Of a stretch of 64,000 nt of DNA, positions 21,263-31,516 are shown in pieces (positions within the stretch are counted from its first letter, which is position 1; every line of letters starts with the position of its first letter). The stretch comes from Scenedesmus sp. PABB004 (taxonomy: Eukaryota). The notes beneath the pieces were generated by a model that saw only the letters and a list, made by a program, of their open reading frames with translations, was not told where the DNA came from and ran no database searches. The translations under genes were made by a program, and so were the position numbers. The stretch is taken from positions 558,001-622,000 of the forward strand of contig JABVCE010000007.1 in assembly GCA_014905635.1 (NCBI GenBank). The letters are read 5' to 3'.

Positions 21263-22378
21263 TCACCGGCGCGGCGCGCCCGGCCCCGCCCGGCGCCGCG
21301 CCGCGACGACGTACGCGACGACGCTGAGCGCGACCGCCGTCGCGACCACCGCGGGCAGCACGTAGCTGGCGCCGCCGCCGCCGGGCAGCCAGGCGGCCCA
21401 GCCCGCGCGGCGGCTACCGCCGCCGTCGGCCCACCCGGCCGCGTCGGCGCCCGCGCCGGGCGGGAGGTCCTCCGCCGCGTCGAGCAGCGGCGCGATCACG
21501 TGGTCGGCCATCATGCCCGCGAGCGCGTCGCCGTGCGCCACGACGCCAGCCCAGGCCGCGCCGCCGAGCAGCGCGGCCGCGCCGGGCGGCACGTACTTGG
21601 GCAGATAGAGGCCGAGCATCTGCGGCCGGGGCGCGGCGCGGGGCGCGGCCGCGGTCACGGCGGCGGCTCCGGCGGCGGCGCCATGCGGCGGCTGTGGCGG
21701 CAGCGGCGGCGACGCCACGCGGCGGCGGCTCCGGCGGCGGCGCCACGCGGCGGCGGCGCCATGCGGCGGCGGCGCGCCGCGCGGCGCGGCGCGCACGTGG
21801 TGGTTGCGCTGCTCGTTGCCCGCCTCCAGCGTGTGCACGAGCATGCGCCCCGTGGCGCGCTGCAGGCTGCAGTGCAGCACGAGCGTCGAGGCCTTGCCCG
21901 GCGCGGCGTAGCGGAACACCCATTCGTCCGCAAACTCCGCCGCCCACCCCGCCGGCGGCGGCCAGCGCGCCGCGGCGGGCGCGCCGCTCGGCAGCACGCA
22001 CTGCGGCGCGGCGCGGCGCGGCGGGGCGCGCGGGTCGGCGCCGCGCCCGGCGGCCGCGGGCGGGCGGGCCGCCGCGGCGGCGGCCGCTGCCGGCCGCCGG
22101 CCCCGCCGCGCCTTCATTCCCGCGTCCACCATCACGCAGTGGCACGCCAGGGCGAGGACCGCGCCCGGGTCGCCGCCGGGCACGCTGGCGGGCCCGCGGG
22201 GCGCCGCCTGGGCGAGCGCCTGCGCGGGTGTGGCGGGGCGCGCGCGCCCGCGGCGGCGTGGGCGCCCCCAGCCGCGCACCGGCCCCGGCGCACGCGGCCG
22301 TGCGCCGCTGCGCGTGCGGCCGCTGCGCGCGCGGGCGGCGCGCACCCGCTCCATGTCGGCCGCGCTCGAGATGGGCAT
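21263..22378 (-). CDS. PI31/Fbxo7 (FP)-domain-like protein with C-terminal transmembrane anchor, 4 exons
   Basis: MPISSAADMER|ALAQ...AVLALACHCVMVDAGMK|CV...PPAGWAAEFADEWVFRYAAPGKASTLVLHCSL...GRMLVH...|MLGLYLPKYV resembles the PI31 N-terminal domain by eye. C-terminal YVLPAVVATAVALSVVAYVVA-ARRR is a hydrophobic helix with a basic flank. Confidence 0.6.
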   Translation of the reverse strand: MPISSAADMERVRAARARSGRTRSGARPRAPGPVRGWGRPRRRGRARPATPAQALAQAAPRGPASVPGGDPGAVLALACHCVMVDAGMKARRGRRPAAAAAAAARPPAAAGRGADPRAPPRRAAPQCVLPSGAPAAARWPPPAGWAAEFADEWVFRYAAPGKASTLVLHCSLQRATGRMLVHTLEAGNEQRNHHVRAAPRGAPPPHGAAAAWRRRRSRRRVASPPLPPQPPHGAAAGAAAVTAAAPRAAPRPQMLGLYLPKYVPPGAAALLGGAAWAGVVAHGDALAGMMADHVIAPLLDAAEDLPPGAGADAAGWADGGGSRRAGWAAWLPGGGGASYVLPAVVATAVALSVVAYVVAARRRAGPGAPRR

Positions 22379-22385
22379 GCTGCGC

Positions 22386-23157
22386 TCAGGGGCGCGGCGG
22401 GCGCGCGAGGCTGAGCAGCGCGCGCAGGCTCTCGGCGACGTGGCCCCTGCCGCGGGGCTTGCCCGTCTTGGCCACGGCGCGGCCTGCGGGCACGCGGCGG
22501 TCGCGGCGCCGGGGCGCGTCGGCGGCGGGCGCCGCCGGCCGCGGGCGGTCGCGGCGCGGCGGCGGCGCGCCTTGCTGGTCGAGCACAATGAAGCAGGGCA
22601 CAGCCTCCACGCCGTAGGTCAGCATCTGCGGCGGGGCAGCGCGCGCCGCCGCACGCGCGCGGGCAGCAGTCGTCGGCAGCGGCGCCGCCGCTGCCTCAGC
22701 GCGCCCAGCAGCCCTGCGCGCGCCAAAACACCTCACCTCAGGCGCCCATGCGACGTGATCGTCGGTGGTGACCGACGCGACGCTGAGCCAGTCGCAGTCG
22801 CTGCCGACCTGCGCGGCAGCGGCGGCGGAGGGATGGCACGCGGCGCCGGGCGCGCAGCGCGCGCTGCGCCCGTCCAGCGCGCACCTGGTCCACCAGCGGC
22901 GCCAGGGAGCGGCAGAGCAGGCAGCGGCGCGAGTTGAAGAAGAGCAGGGTGTGCGTCGGCTTGGAGAGCGCCGCCGCGAGCTGGCGCTGCTGCTCCCTGC
23001 GCGCGCCCAGCGGCGGCAGGCGCAGCGTGAGGCGGCCGCGCGCGGTCGGGAGCGGCCGGGCAGGGCGCCTCGCGAGCGTGAGAGGGCGCGGCGCGCCGCA
23101 CCTGCTGCTGCTGCCGGCGCTGCGCTCGCTGCCGCCGCCGAACCAGTCCGGCCACAT
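22386..23157 (-). CDS. Thioredoxin-like protein (HCF164-like, CLLC active site), 4 exons
   Basis: TLLFFNSRRCLLCRSLAPLVDQ|V...WAPE|MLTYGVEAVPCFIVLDQQ|GRAVAK: thioredoxin fold with CxxC and the cis-Pro (VP) motif. Arg-rich N-terminal extension. Confidence 0.85.
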
Positions 23158-23349
23158 CGGCGAGCGGCGCGGGACCGTGATTCTGCGCGCGCTTGAGTGG
23201 CAGCGGCGGGGTCGGCGGCGAAGCGCCGCCGGGGGGCGCGCGGTTCTGAGCCGGGGCTCGCGAGCCTGCGGCGCCCCCCGGCTCTCGCGCAAGCTGGCCC
23301 GCCGGGCGGTGGTGCCATCACTCAGCGTGCACGAGCGCGGCGGCCGCTG

Positions 23350-24042
23350 GCACGGCGCGGCGGGCCTGCGTGCGGCGCGCCGCTGTTGCGCCGCGCTGGC
23401 GTGCGGCCCGGCGCGCTGCTGGCGGGCGGGCGGCAGCGGTCTAGAGACCCGGCGCTCGCTCGCCGGCGCCCAAGGCAGGAGCGCCCCCGCGCCGCCGCCC
23501 GCCCGCCGGCGGTGACGCGACGCCTCCGCGCGCCAACGACGCCCGGCCCGAGTGGCGCCGCCGGCCCCCACAGCCCGCTGCGCGCGGCGCGAGGCGCGTG
23601 CGCAACCGGCCGTTCCGCGCGTGCGGCGGCGCTGGGCGGCACGAGCCGGCGGGATGCCAATCGGGCGCAGCAGCAGTCAATGACGGAGGTCGTCGCTGAG
23701 TTACAGGGGGATAGGATAACACACTGAGCGCGCGCGCCAAGAGTTGTTGCGCGACGACGACGGCCAACTCCCGTGTTCCCCGGCGCCGGAGGCCTGGCAG
23801 CCGCGCGCGCCGACAGCCCACCATGTCAAACGGGCAGACGGATCCAAATGCCCCAGCAGCAGGGCAGCAGAGGGCCTGCGCAGCTCAGTGCGTGTTGGTG
23901 CCAACGGGCACGCGCAGAGGCAGCAAAAGCAGGGGGCTGTGGGTGGATTGAATTGGAGCGCCGCGCGCCGCCCGGCCTATCGCTGACGGCGGCTCGCAGG
24001 CGCGGGCGCACGCGCGCGCGCGCGGGGCTGGGTGCCGCCGCG
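23350..24042 (-). repeat. Inverted copy 1 of the FAD7 upstream region (matches about 27643-28340)
   Basis: 23665-24042 is a near-identical reverse complement of 27643-28020 (for example ggataacacactgagcg, gagttgttgcgcgacgacgacggccaactcccgtgttcccc, gggtggattgaattggagcg). 23350-23664 is a more diverged match to 28021-28340. Confidence 0.9.
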
Positions 24043-24043
24043 A

Positions 24044-24550
24044 GAGGGCGCGCCAATGCTGGCGACGCCGGCCCGCACGGCGCCCCGGGCCGGCAGGGGC
24101 ACCGCCACCCGGCTCACGGGCCCGGCGCGGCTCAGCCGCGCGCCCTGCGCGCACGGCGCGCGCGCGAGCTGCATCTTGAAGCGGTTTGGTGCGGCGCGCA
24201 GGTGCGCGAGCGCGGTGGCGTGGCGGGCCGGGGCGTGCGGCGCACGGGGAGGGGGGCGGTGTGGCGTCGCGCTGGCGGGCCCGCGCAGCGCTGGCGCGGG
24301 CGGGCGGCGGCGGCGGCGGTCTAGTGACCCGGCGCTCGCTTGCTCGCCGTCTGCGGCAGGAGCGCCCGCCGCGCCGCCGCGCGCCGGCGGTGACGTGACG
24401 CCTCCACGCGCCAACGACGCCCGGCCCTGCGCGGCGCCGCCGGCCCCCACCGCCCGCTGCGCGCGGCGCGAGGCGCGAGGCGCGGCCGCAACCGGCCGTT
24501 CCGCGCGTGCGGCGGCGCTGGGCTGCACGAGCCGGCGGGATGCCAATCGG
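24044..24550 (-). pseudogene. Inverted copy 2: FAD7 proximal promoter, 5'UTR and truncated exon 1 (matches 28021-28514)
   Basis: Reverse complement reproduces ATG (24174) [44 protein letters not shown], breaks at 24044, and reads into copy 1 to a stop at 23977. Confidence 0.88.
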
Positions 24551-24781
24551 CGACACGCGACTTAGCAACGATCACCGCGGCATGAGCGCGCGACGACCCC
24601 TCGCGCCCCAGTCACCGCACGCCCCGCCGCCAGAGCCCAGAGCAGCGCAGAGACGCCCCGCCGCGCACGCGCGCGCACCGCCAGCTTGACGTGCCGTGTA
24701 TCGCGCCCCGCGGCAGCGCCAGCGCCGCCCCGCGCGCGCTCCCCGGCCCTTTGAAGACCCGCAATGTGTCGCGGCCTGCCC

Positions 24782-26458
24782 ATGGACGCCCCCGCCGGCC
24801 CGCTTGGCGCGCCGCGGGCGCTGGGCGGCCGCGCGGCAGCGCGGGCGCAGCAGTATGACGACGACTTCCTGCAGTTCAGCTACAAGGTGCGGGCGCGGGC
24901 CCGCGGGCGCCCCAGGGCCGCCGCCCGGGACGCGCCATTGCGCGCTGTCGCGAGCAGCGCCCGGCCCCCCCGGCCGCCGCGGCGCCCGCCGGCGGGGCCC
25001 GTCGGCGCCAGGGGGCGGGGCCACGGCGCCTCGACGGGCGTGCCGGGCCTGCGGGGGCCCAGGGGCGGCGGGTTATGAGGGGCTTGCCGCGCGCCGCGCC
25101 GCCCGCAACGCCCCGCGATCGGGGCCCGCGACGCGCCGCGGGCCGCCCCCGACACCGCCGGCGGCCGTCGCTCGCCGCAGGTGAAGCCCTGCGACAAGAC
25201 CTACCGCCACGACTTTGCGTCGTGCCCCTTTGCCCATGCCGGCGAGGCCGCGGAGCGGCGCCACCCGAGCGCCTACCTGCCCTTCATGTGCGGCAGCACG
25301 CAGCACAGCACCGACCTCAAGGAGGTGCGCCGGGCGGCGCTGCGGCGGGCTGCAGCGGCGGGCGGCGCGGCCCGCGCCGCGCGGCGGCGCTGCTGCTGCG
25401 CAGCTCCCGCGCCGCCGCGCCCGCCCACGCCCACCGCGCCCCCGCCGCGCGCCCCCGCCCGCGCGCAGAAGTGCCCCTTTGGCGCGGCGTGCAAGTACGC
25501 GCACGGCCACTTTGAGCTGTGGCTGCACCCCGGCCGCTTCCGCACCAAGCTCTGCAGCCTCGGCGGCAACTGCCGCCGCCCGGTGTGCTTCTTCGCGCAC
25601 AGCAAGGCGGAGCTGCGCGTGACGCCGTACAGCAAGCTCGACACGTCGGCCACCGTCGCGGCGGCGCAGCTGCAGGGCGCCGAGTCGAGCGCCACGAGCG
25701 GCAGCCTCGCGGCGGCCAGCACGAGCAGCCGCTGCAGCAGCGACGGCAGCGAGCTCAAGGCCGGCGGCGGCGCGGCGCTGCCGAGCGCGTGCGGCAGCGA
25801 GGCCAGCGCGGCGGCGCCGCTGCTGGAGCCGCTGGCGGCCGCGGGCCTCGGCCTGCTGGACATGCAGCTGCAGGGCGGCGGCGCCCTGCAGCTCGCGCCG
25901 GAGCTCGCCGCGCCCGGCCTCTGGCTCGCGGGCGGCGGCATGCTGCCCGCGCAGCTGCCCGTGCCCGTCGGCGGCGGCTACGCGGGCATGGTGCCCCAGC
26001 AGCAGCCGCAGGCGCAGGCCGCGGCGCAGCAGCTCGTCTACGTCGACGCCGGCGGCGCGCCCGGCGGCGCGCAGGTCGTGTACGCGCCCGCCGCGGCCAC
26101 CGGCGGCTGGCTGCTCGCGCCGGCGCCCGCGCCCGCCGCGCCCGCGGCGGCGCGCCTCGCCGACCAGTGGGTGTCGGGCGGCATGCTCGCGGCGGCGCCG
26201 CAGCAGCAGTGCTACGGCGGGGGCTGCCTGCCCGCGCCGGGCATGCTCGGGGGCGGCATGGACCAGTGGCTCCGCGTCGACGCCGCCTACGCCGCGCCGC
26301 CGGGCCTGGCGCGCGGCGGCGGCTGCGGCCTCGGCGTCGGCATGCCCGCGCAGCCGACGGCGGCCAACGCGCGCATGGCGCAGCTGCTGTCGACGCTGCC
26401 CGACCACGCGATGCAGCAGCTGCTCGGTATGCTGGCGGTGGACGGCCAGGGCGCGTGA
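24782..26458 (+). CDS. Plant-type tandem CCCH zinc-finger (RR-TZF-like) RNA-binding protein, 3 exons
   Basis: DDFLQFSYK|VKPCDKTYRHDFASCPFAHAGEAAERR (CHCH motif), CPFGAACKYAHGHFELWLHPGRFRTKLCSLGGNCRRPVCFFAHSKAELR, followed by a low-complexity tail. Confidence 0.92.
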
Positions 26459-28383
26459 GCGGCGCGCGCGGGGGGCAGCCCCCCAGCCACGGGCCCCATG
26501 AACGCGGCCCCGGAACGGCCTCGAACGGCCTCGAGCGAGTTGAGAGCGACGGCGATGCCCCGCCCATGTGGCTCCCGCGCGGTCGTGTATGTGCCCGGGG
26601 CCGCGGCGCCGCCGCCGTCGCGGCGGCGCCCCGCCCCGGCCAGCCGGTCGGCCGGCAGCAGAACCCCCCGGCCCCCGGCCGCGGCGCCGCCGCGCGCCCG
26701 CCGCCCAGAGCGGCGGCCGCGCGCCGGGCCGCGCGCGTCATCCATTCCTTGCGCCTGCACGTTCTGCCTGCGGCCGGGGCGCCAGCCGGCGGCGGCCAGC
26801 GCTCCCCACCGCACAGGCGGCCTGCCGAGGTTGCGCGCGGCGCGCCGAGGTGGCGCGCCGTGCGCGTCGGTGCTGGCCGCGGGCAGCGGCTGGCCCCCGC
26901 GCCTTTGCTTAGCGCGGCGGGCGGGGAGGGAGGGAGGTCGGCCTGCTTTGGATGCGGTGCAGGCGCGCGCGGGGCTGAACGCTGAACCAACCTTCTACCT
27001 GGCCTGCTGCTCCCCAGGGCATCTCTCTGTTTGTGCCCCCGGTGGCTGCTGCGGCTGCCGACGGGCTCGCGCCGGCCGGCGAGGTCGGCTGCGGGGCGCG
27101 TTTCGTGCAGCCGCGTGTTGAGGGTCGAGGTCGCCTGCTGCTCGCTCGCGCCTGTCGTGCGCTGCTTTCTGGCTCGGCGGCTGGCTGCGGCCGCCGCCCG
27201 CCCCATCAATGCGTGTTTCTCGCCCGAGGCCGGACGGTGGGAGGCGTGTTCGCGTTTTGCGCGTTGTGCGCGTGGTCGGGGCAGGGCCGTGAGGGCCCGC
27301 GCGCCCGTCCGCGAGTGTGGGTCTGTCCGCGTGGGTGGTGGTGAGGGGTTTTCCTTGTGGGTCGCGCGCTGCATCACCCAAGCTCGGATGGCTATATCGG
27401 CCCGCGCGTGGCGGGGAGGGTGCGCGCCGGCGCTCCGGCCGAGGAGTAGGGGGGAGGCTCGACGCCGCTCCCGCACAGCGCGCATGTGGCTGTGCGGCGC
27501 CCACTCGCTCGCTGCGCCCCGACTCGCTCGCTGCGCCCTCGCTCGCTGCGCCCCGTCCGAGGCGCTGCCGAGGTGCGGTGCAGCAGCAGCTGCACGCGCA
27601 TGCCGGTCAGCACTTGCGCGCGGGTCGCACGCCGCGGCGCGGCGCGGCGGCACCCAGCCCCGCGCGCGCGCGCGTGCGCCCGCGCCCGCGCGCCGCCGCC
27701 AGCGATAGGCCTGGCGGCGCGCGGCGCTCCAATTCAATCCACCCACAGCCCCATGCTTTTGCTGCCGTTGCGTGTGCCCGTTGGCACCAACACGCACTGA
27801 GCTGCGCAGGCCCTCTGCTGCCCTGCTGCTGGGGCATTTGGATCCGTCTGCCCGTTTGACATGGTGGGCTGTCGGCGCGCGCGGCTGCCAGGCCTCCGGC
27901 GCCGGGGAACACGGGAGTTGGCCGTCGTCGTCGCGCAACAACTCTTGGCGCGCGCGCTCAGTGTGTTATCCTACCCCCCTGTAACTCAGCGACGACCTCC
28001 GTCACTGACTGCTGCTGCGCCCGATTGGCATCCCGCGGCTCGTGACGCCCCGCGGCGCACGCGCGGACGACCTGTTGCGGCCGCGCCTCGCGCCGCGCGC
28101 AGCGGGCGGTGCGGGCCGGCGGCGCCGCGCAGGGCCGGGCGTCGTTGGCGCGTGGAGGCGTCACGTCACCGCCGGCGCGCGGCGGCGCGGCGGGCGCTCC
28201 TGCCGCAGACGGCGAGCAAGCGAGCGCCGGGTCACTAGACCGCCGCCGCCGCCGCCCGCCCGCGCCAGCGCTGCGCGGGCCCGCCAGCGCGACGCCACAC
28301 CGCCCCCCTCCCCGTGCGCCGCAGGCCCGGCCCGCCACGCCGCCGCGCTCGCGCACCTGCGCGCCGCACCGCGCCGCTTCAAG

Positions 28384-30006
28384 ATGCAGCTCGCGCGCGC
28401 GCCGTGCGCGCAGGGCGCGCGGCTGAGCCGCGCCGGGCCCGTGAGCCGGGTGGCGGTGCCCCTGCCGGCCCGGGGCGCCGTGCGGGCCGGCGTCGCCAGC
28501 ATTGGCGCGCCCTCCAGCAGCGCGCCGCGCACCGACGAGCGCGGCTTCGTGCTCAACGAGGTGCGCCGCCACTCGGGCCGTCTCGCGCCGCCAGCTAGGG
28601 TGGCCTCACCGCCCAGGCGCCGCGCCGCGGCGGCCCGGCGCGCCGCGAGGCCAGCGCATGTGGGGCTGCTGCTGCCCGCCCGCCCACAGCCCCGCCTGCG
28701 GCCCGGCAGCGCGTGCGCCGCGCGTCGCGTGCCCGGGGGGGGCCAGCCCACATCGCAGCGCCACCGGGGCAGGGGACCCGGCAACGCGGGGCGGCGCGGC
28801 GGCGCTGCCGACCGCGCGCTGCGCGCACCCCGCCGCCGCGCAGGACGGCACCTACGACCTCTCCGCGCCGCCGCCGTTTGGGCTCTCCGACATCCGCGAG
28901 GCCATCCCCAAGCACTGCTGGGAGAAGAACGGCGCGGTGCGGCAGGCGGCGCCGGCGCGGTGCCTCTGCGGCCGCGAGCGGTGGTTGGCTCTCCCCTGCA
29001 GCCCGGGCCCGCCCCCCGACGCCCTCCGGCGGGCCGCCCCCGCCCCGCGTGCGCCGCAGCGCTCCATGGCCTACCTGGCGCTCGACGTCGGCATCGTCGC
29101 GGGCCTCGCGGCCGCGGCGTACGCCGTCAACGCCTGGTGCGCGCGCCGCCGCCGCCACGGCCGCCGCCCGCCGCGTCGGCCGCTCGCAGGACGCGCGCGC
29201 GCGCGCGCCTGCGTGCCGCCCCTGCGCCGACGCGCGCGCGCCGCGACGCGGCGCCGCGCAGGTGGGCGTGGCCGCTGTACTGGGTCGCGCAGGGCACCAT
29301 GTTCTGGGCGCTGTTCGTGGTCGGCCACGACTGGTGCGCGCGCAGCACGCGCAAAACCCCGCACCGCCGGCGGCGGCGAGGCGGCGGCGGCATCGCGCGG
29401 CCGCTGCCCGGCCGTGGGCCGCGCCGACCCCGCCGCGCCGCGCGGTGCGCCCCCGCAGCGGGCACCAGTCGTTCAGCGCCAGCCGGCACCTCAACGACCT
29501 GGTCGGCAACATCACGCACGCGAGCATCCTCGTGCCCTGTGAGCGGCGGCGGCCGCGGCGGGCGGCTGCGGGCAGCGACGGGCAGCGACGGGCAGCGGCG
29601 CCGCGCGCCGCGGCGCGGCGCGCGCGCCGAGCCTCGCCCTCCTCCCCCGCGCGCGCGCGCAGACCACGGCTGGCGCATCAGCCACCGCACGCACCACGGC
29701 AACCACGGGCACGTGGAGAACGATGAGTCGTGGCACCCCGTGACCAAGAGCCAGTTTGACAAGCTCGTGCGCGCCGCCCGCGCCGCGCCGCCCGCGCCGG
29801 CCACGCGCCGCCCGCGCCGCCCGCGCCCGCTCGCCCGCGCCCGCTCGCCCGCGCCCGCTCACGCGCGCCCGCTCGCCACTCGCGCCGCGCAGGAGTTTTG
29901 GACCAAGCTCGGGCGCCTGAGCTTCCCCTGGTCTCTCTTTGCCTACCCCTTTTACCTCTGGAAGCGCTCCCCCGGTGCGCGGGGGCTCGGGGCCGCCGCC
30001 GCCGCA

Positions 30007-30044
<38 letters not shown>

Positions 30045-31516
30045 GGGGGAGCACGCCCAGCGCCGCCCCAGCGCCGCCGCAGCCGCCGCCGCCCAACGCC
30101 CAACGCCGCGCCGCCGCCGCCGCCGCCGCCGCCCCGCGCCGCAGGCAAGGAGGGCAGCCACTACGACCCGGGCTGCGACCTCTTCCAGCCGAGCGAGCGG
30201 CGCATGGTGCTGACGAGCGACGCGTTCATGCTGGGCATGCTGGGCGTGCTGGGCGCGGCGACCGCCAAGCTCGGCGTGGCGGCGATGTTCAACCTCTATT
30301 TCATGCCCTGTGAGCACCGGCGGCGGGGGTTTAAAACACTCACGCTTGCGGGGGTTTAAACAGGCGGGGGTTTCGGCGGCGGGGCCCGGCGGCGGGGCGC
30401 AGAGGAGGAGGGGCCAGGGGGGTCCAGGGCCCGCCCCGAGCCTCGGCCGGCGCGGGGCTCCTGCGCTGCAGCGCAGCGCGCGCGTCCCCCCCCCCCCCCC
30501 CTGACGCGCGTCCGCCGCGTCCGCGCCCCCACTCCAGACTGGGTGTTTGTCGCGTGGCTGGACGCGGTGACGTACCTGCACCACCACGGCCCCGAGGACG
30601 CCGGCATGAAGATGCCCTGGTACCGCGGCGAGGAGTGGAGCTACCTGCGCGGCGGCCTCACCACGCTCGACAGGCGCGCGCGCGCCCGCCCGCCTGCGCC
30701 GCGCGGCCTGAGTCCTGCTTGGCCCTGAGCCCTGCTCGACCCTGAGCCCTGCTTGGCCCTAAACCCTGCTCAACCCTAAACCCTCCCTCGCTGCGCAGGG
30801 ACTATGGCATCTTCAACAAGATCCACCACAACATCGAGACGCACGTCGTGCACCACCTGGTGCGACGCAGCCGCCGCCCTCCCCCGCGCGCCCGCCCGCG
30901 CGCCGCCGCCCAGCCTGGCAGCCCCGCGCCGTCCTCGAGCCCCCCCGCCGCCGCCGCTGGACCTCTCAACCTCTATAGACCCCTATAGACCCCTAAACCC
31001 CCGCCCCGCTGAAACCTCTGCCCCCCCTCAAACACACACAACCCGCAGTTCCCCCAGATGCCCCACTACAGCCTGGTCGAGGCGACAGAGGCGGCCAAGA
31101 AGGTCATGGGGCCCTACTACAGGTGCGGGTGTGTGTGTGTGGGGGGGGGGTGGCTGGGTGTGTGTGTGTGTGTGTGTGTGTCTGTGTGTGTGTGTGTGTG
31201 TGGCTGGGTGGGTGGGTGGGTGTGGGTGGGTGGGTGGGTGGGTGTGGGAAGAGAGGGGGGGGGGGGGGGCACGATTGCGTTTGCGCCGCCCTCCGCCCGC
31301 CCTCCGCCCGCCCGCCCGACCCCCGCCCGCCCGCCGCCGCGCCGCGCCGCCGCCGCCAGGGAGCCGGTCAAGAGCGCGGGCCCGCTGCCGACGCACCTCG
31401 TGCCCGCGCTCGCGCGCAGCCTGCGTGAGGACCAGTACGTGGACGACACGGGAGACATAGTGTATTACAAGAAGGCCGGCGACGCGCCGCCGCCCGCGCC
31501 CGCGCCCGCCAACTAG
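28384..31516 (+). CDS. FAD7: Plastid omega-3 fatty acid desaturase, about 12 exons
   Basis: [111 protein letters not shown]: all three His boxes plus a transit peptide. Confidence 0.97.

Noticed and set aside
23350..24550. A-B-C-A' layout as an LTR or split-direct-repeat retroelement
   Set aside because: Segment C is FAD7 exon 1, so local inverted duplication explains it better. No RT, recombinase, PBS or TSD seen.
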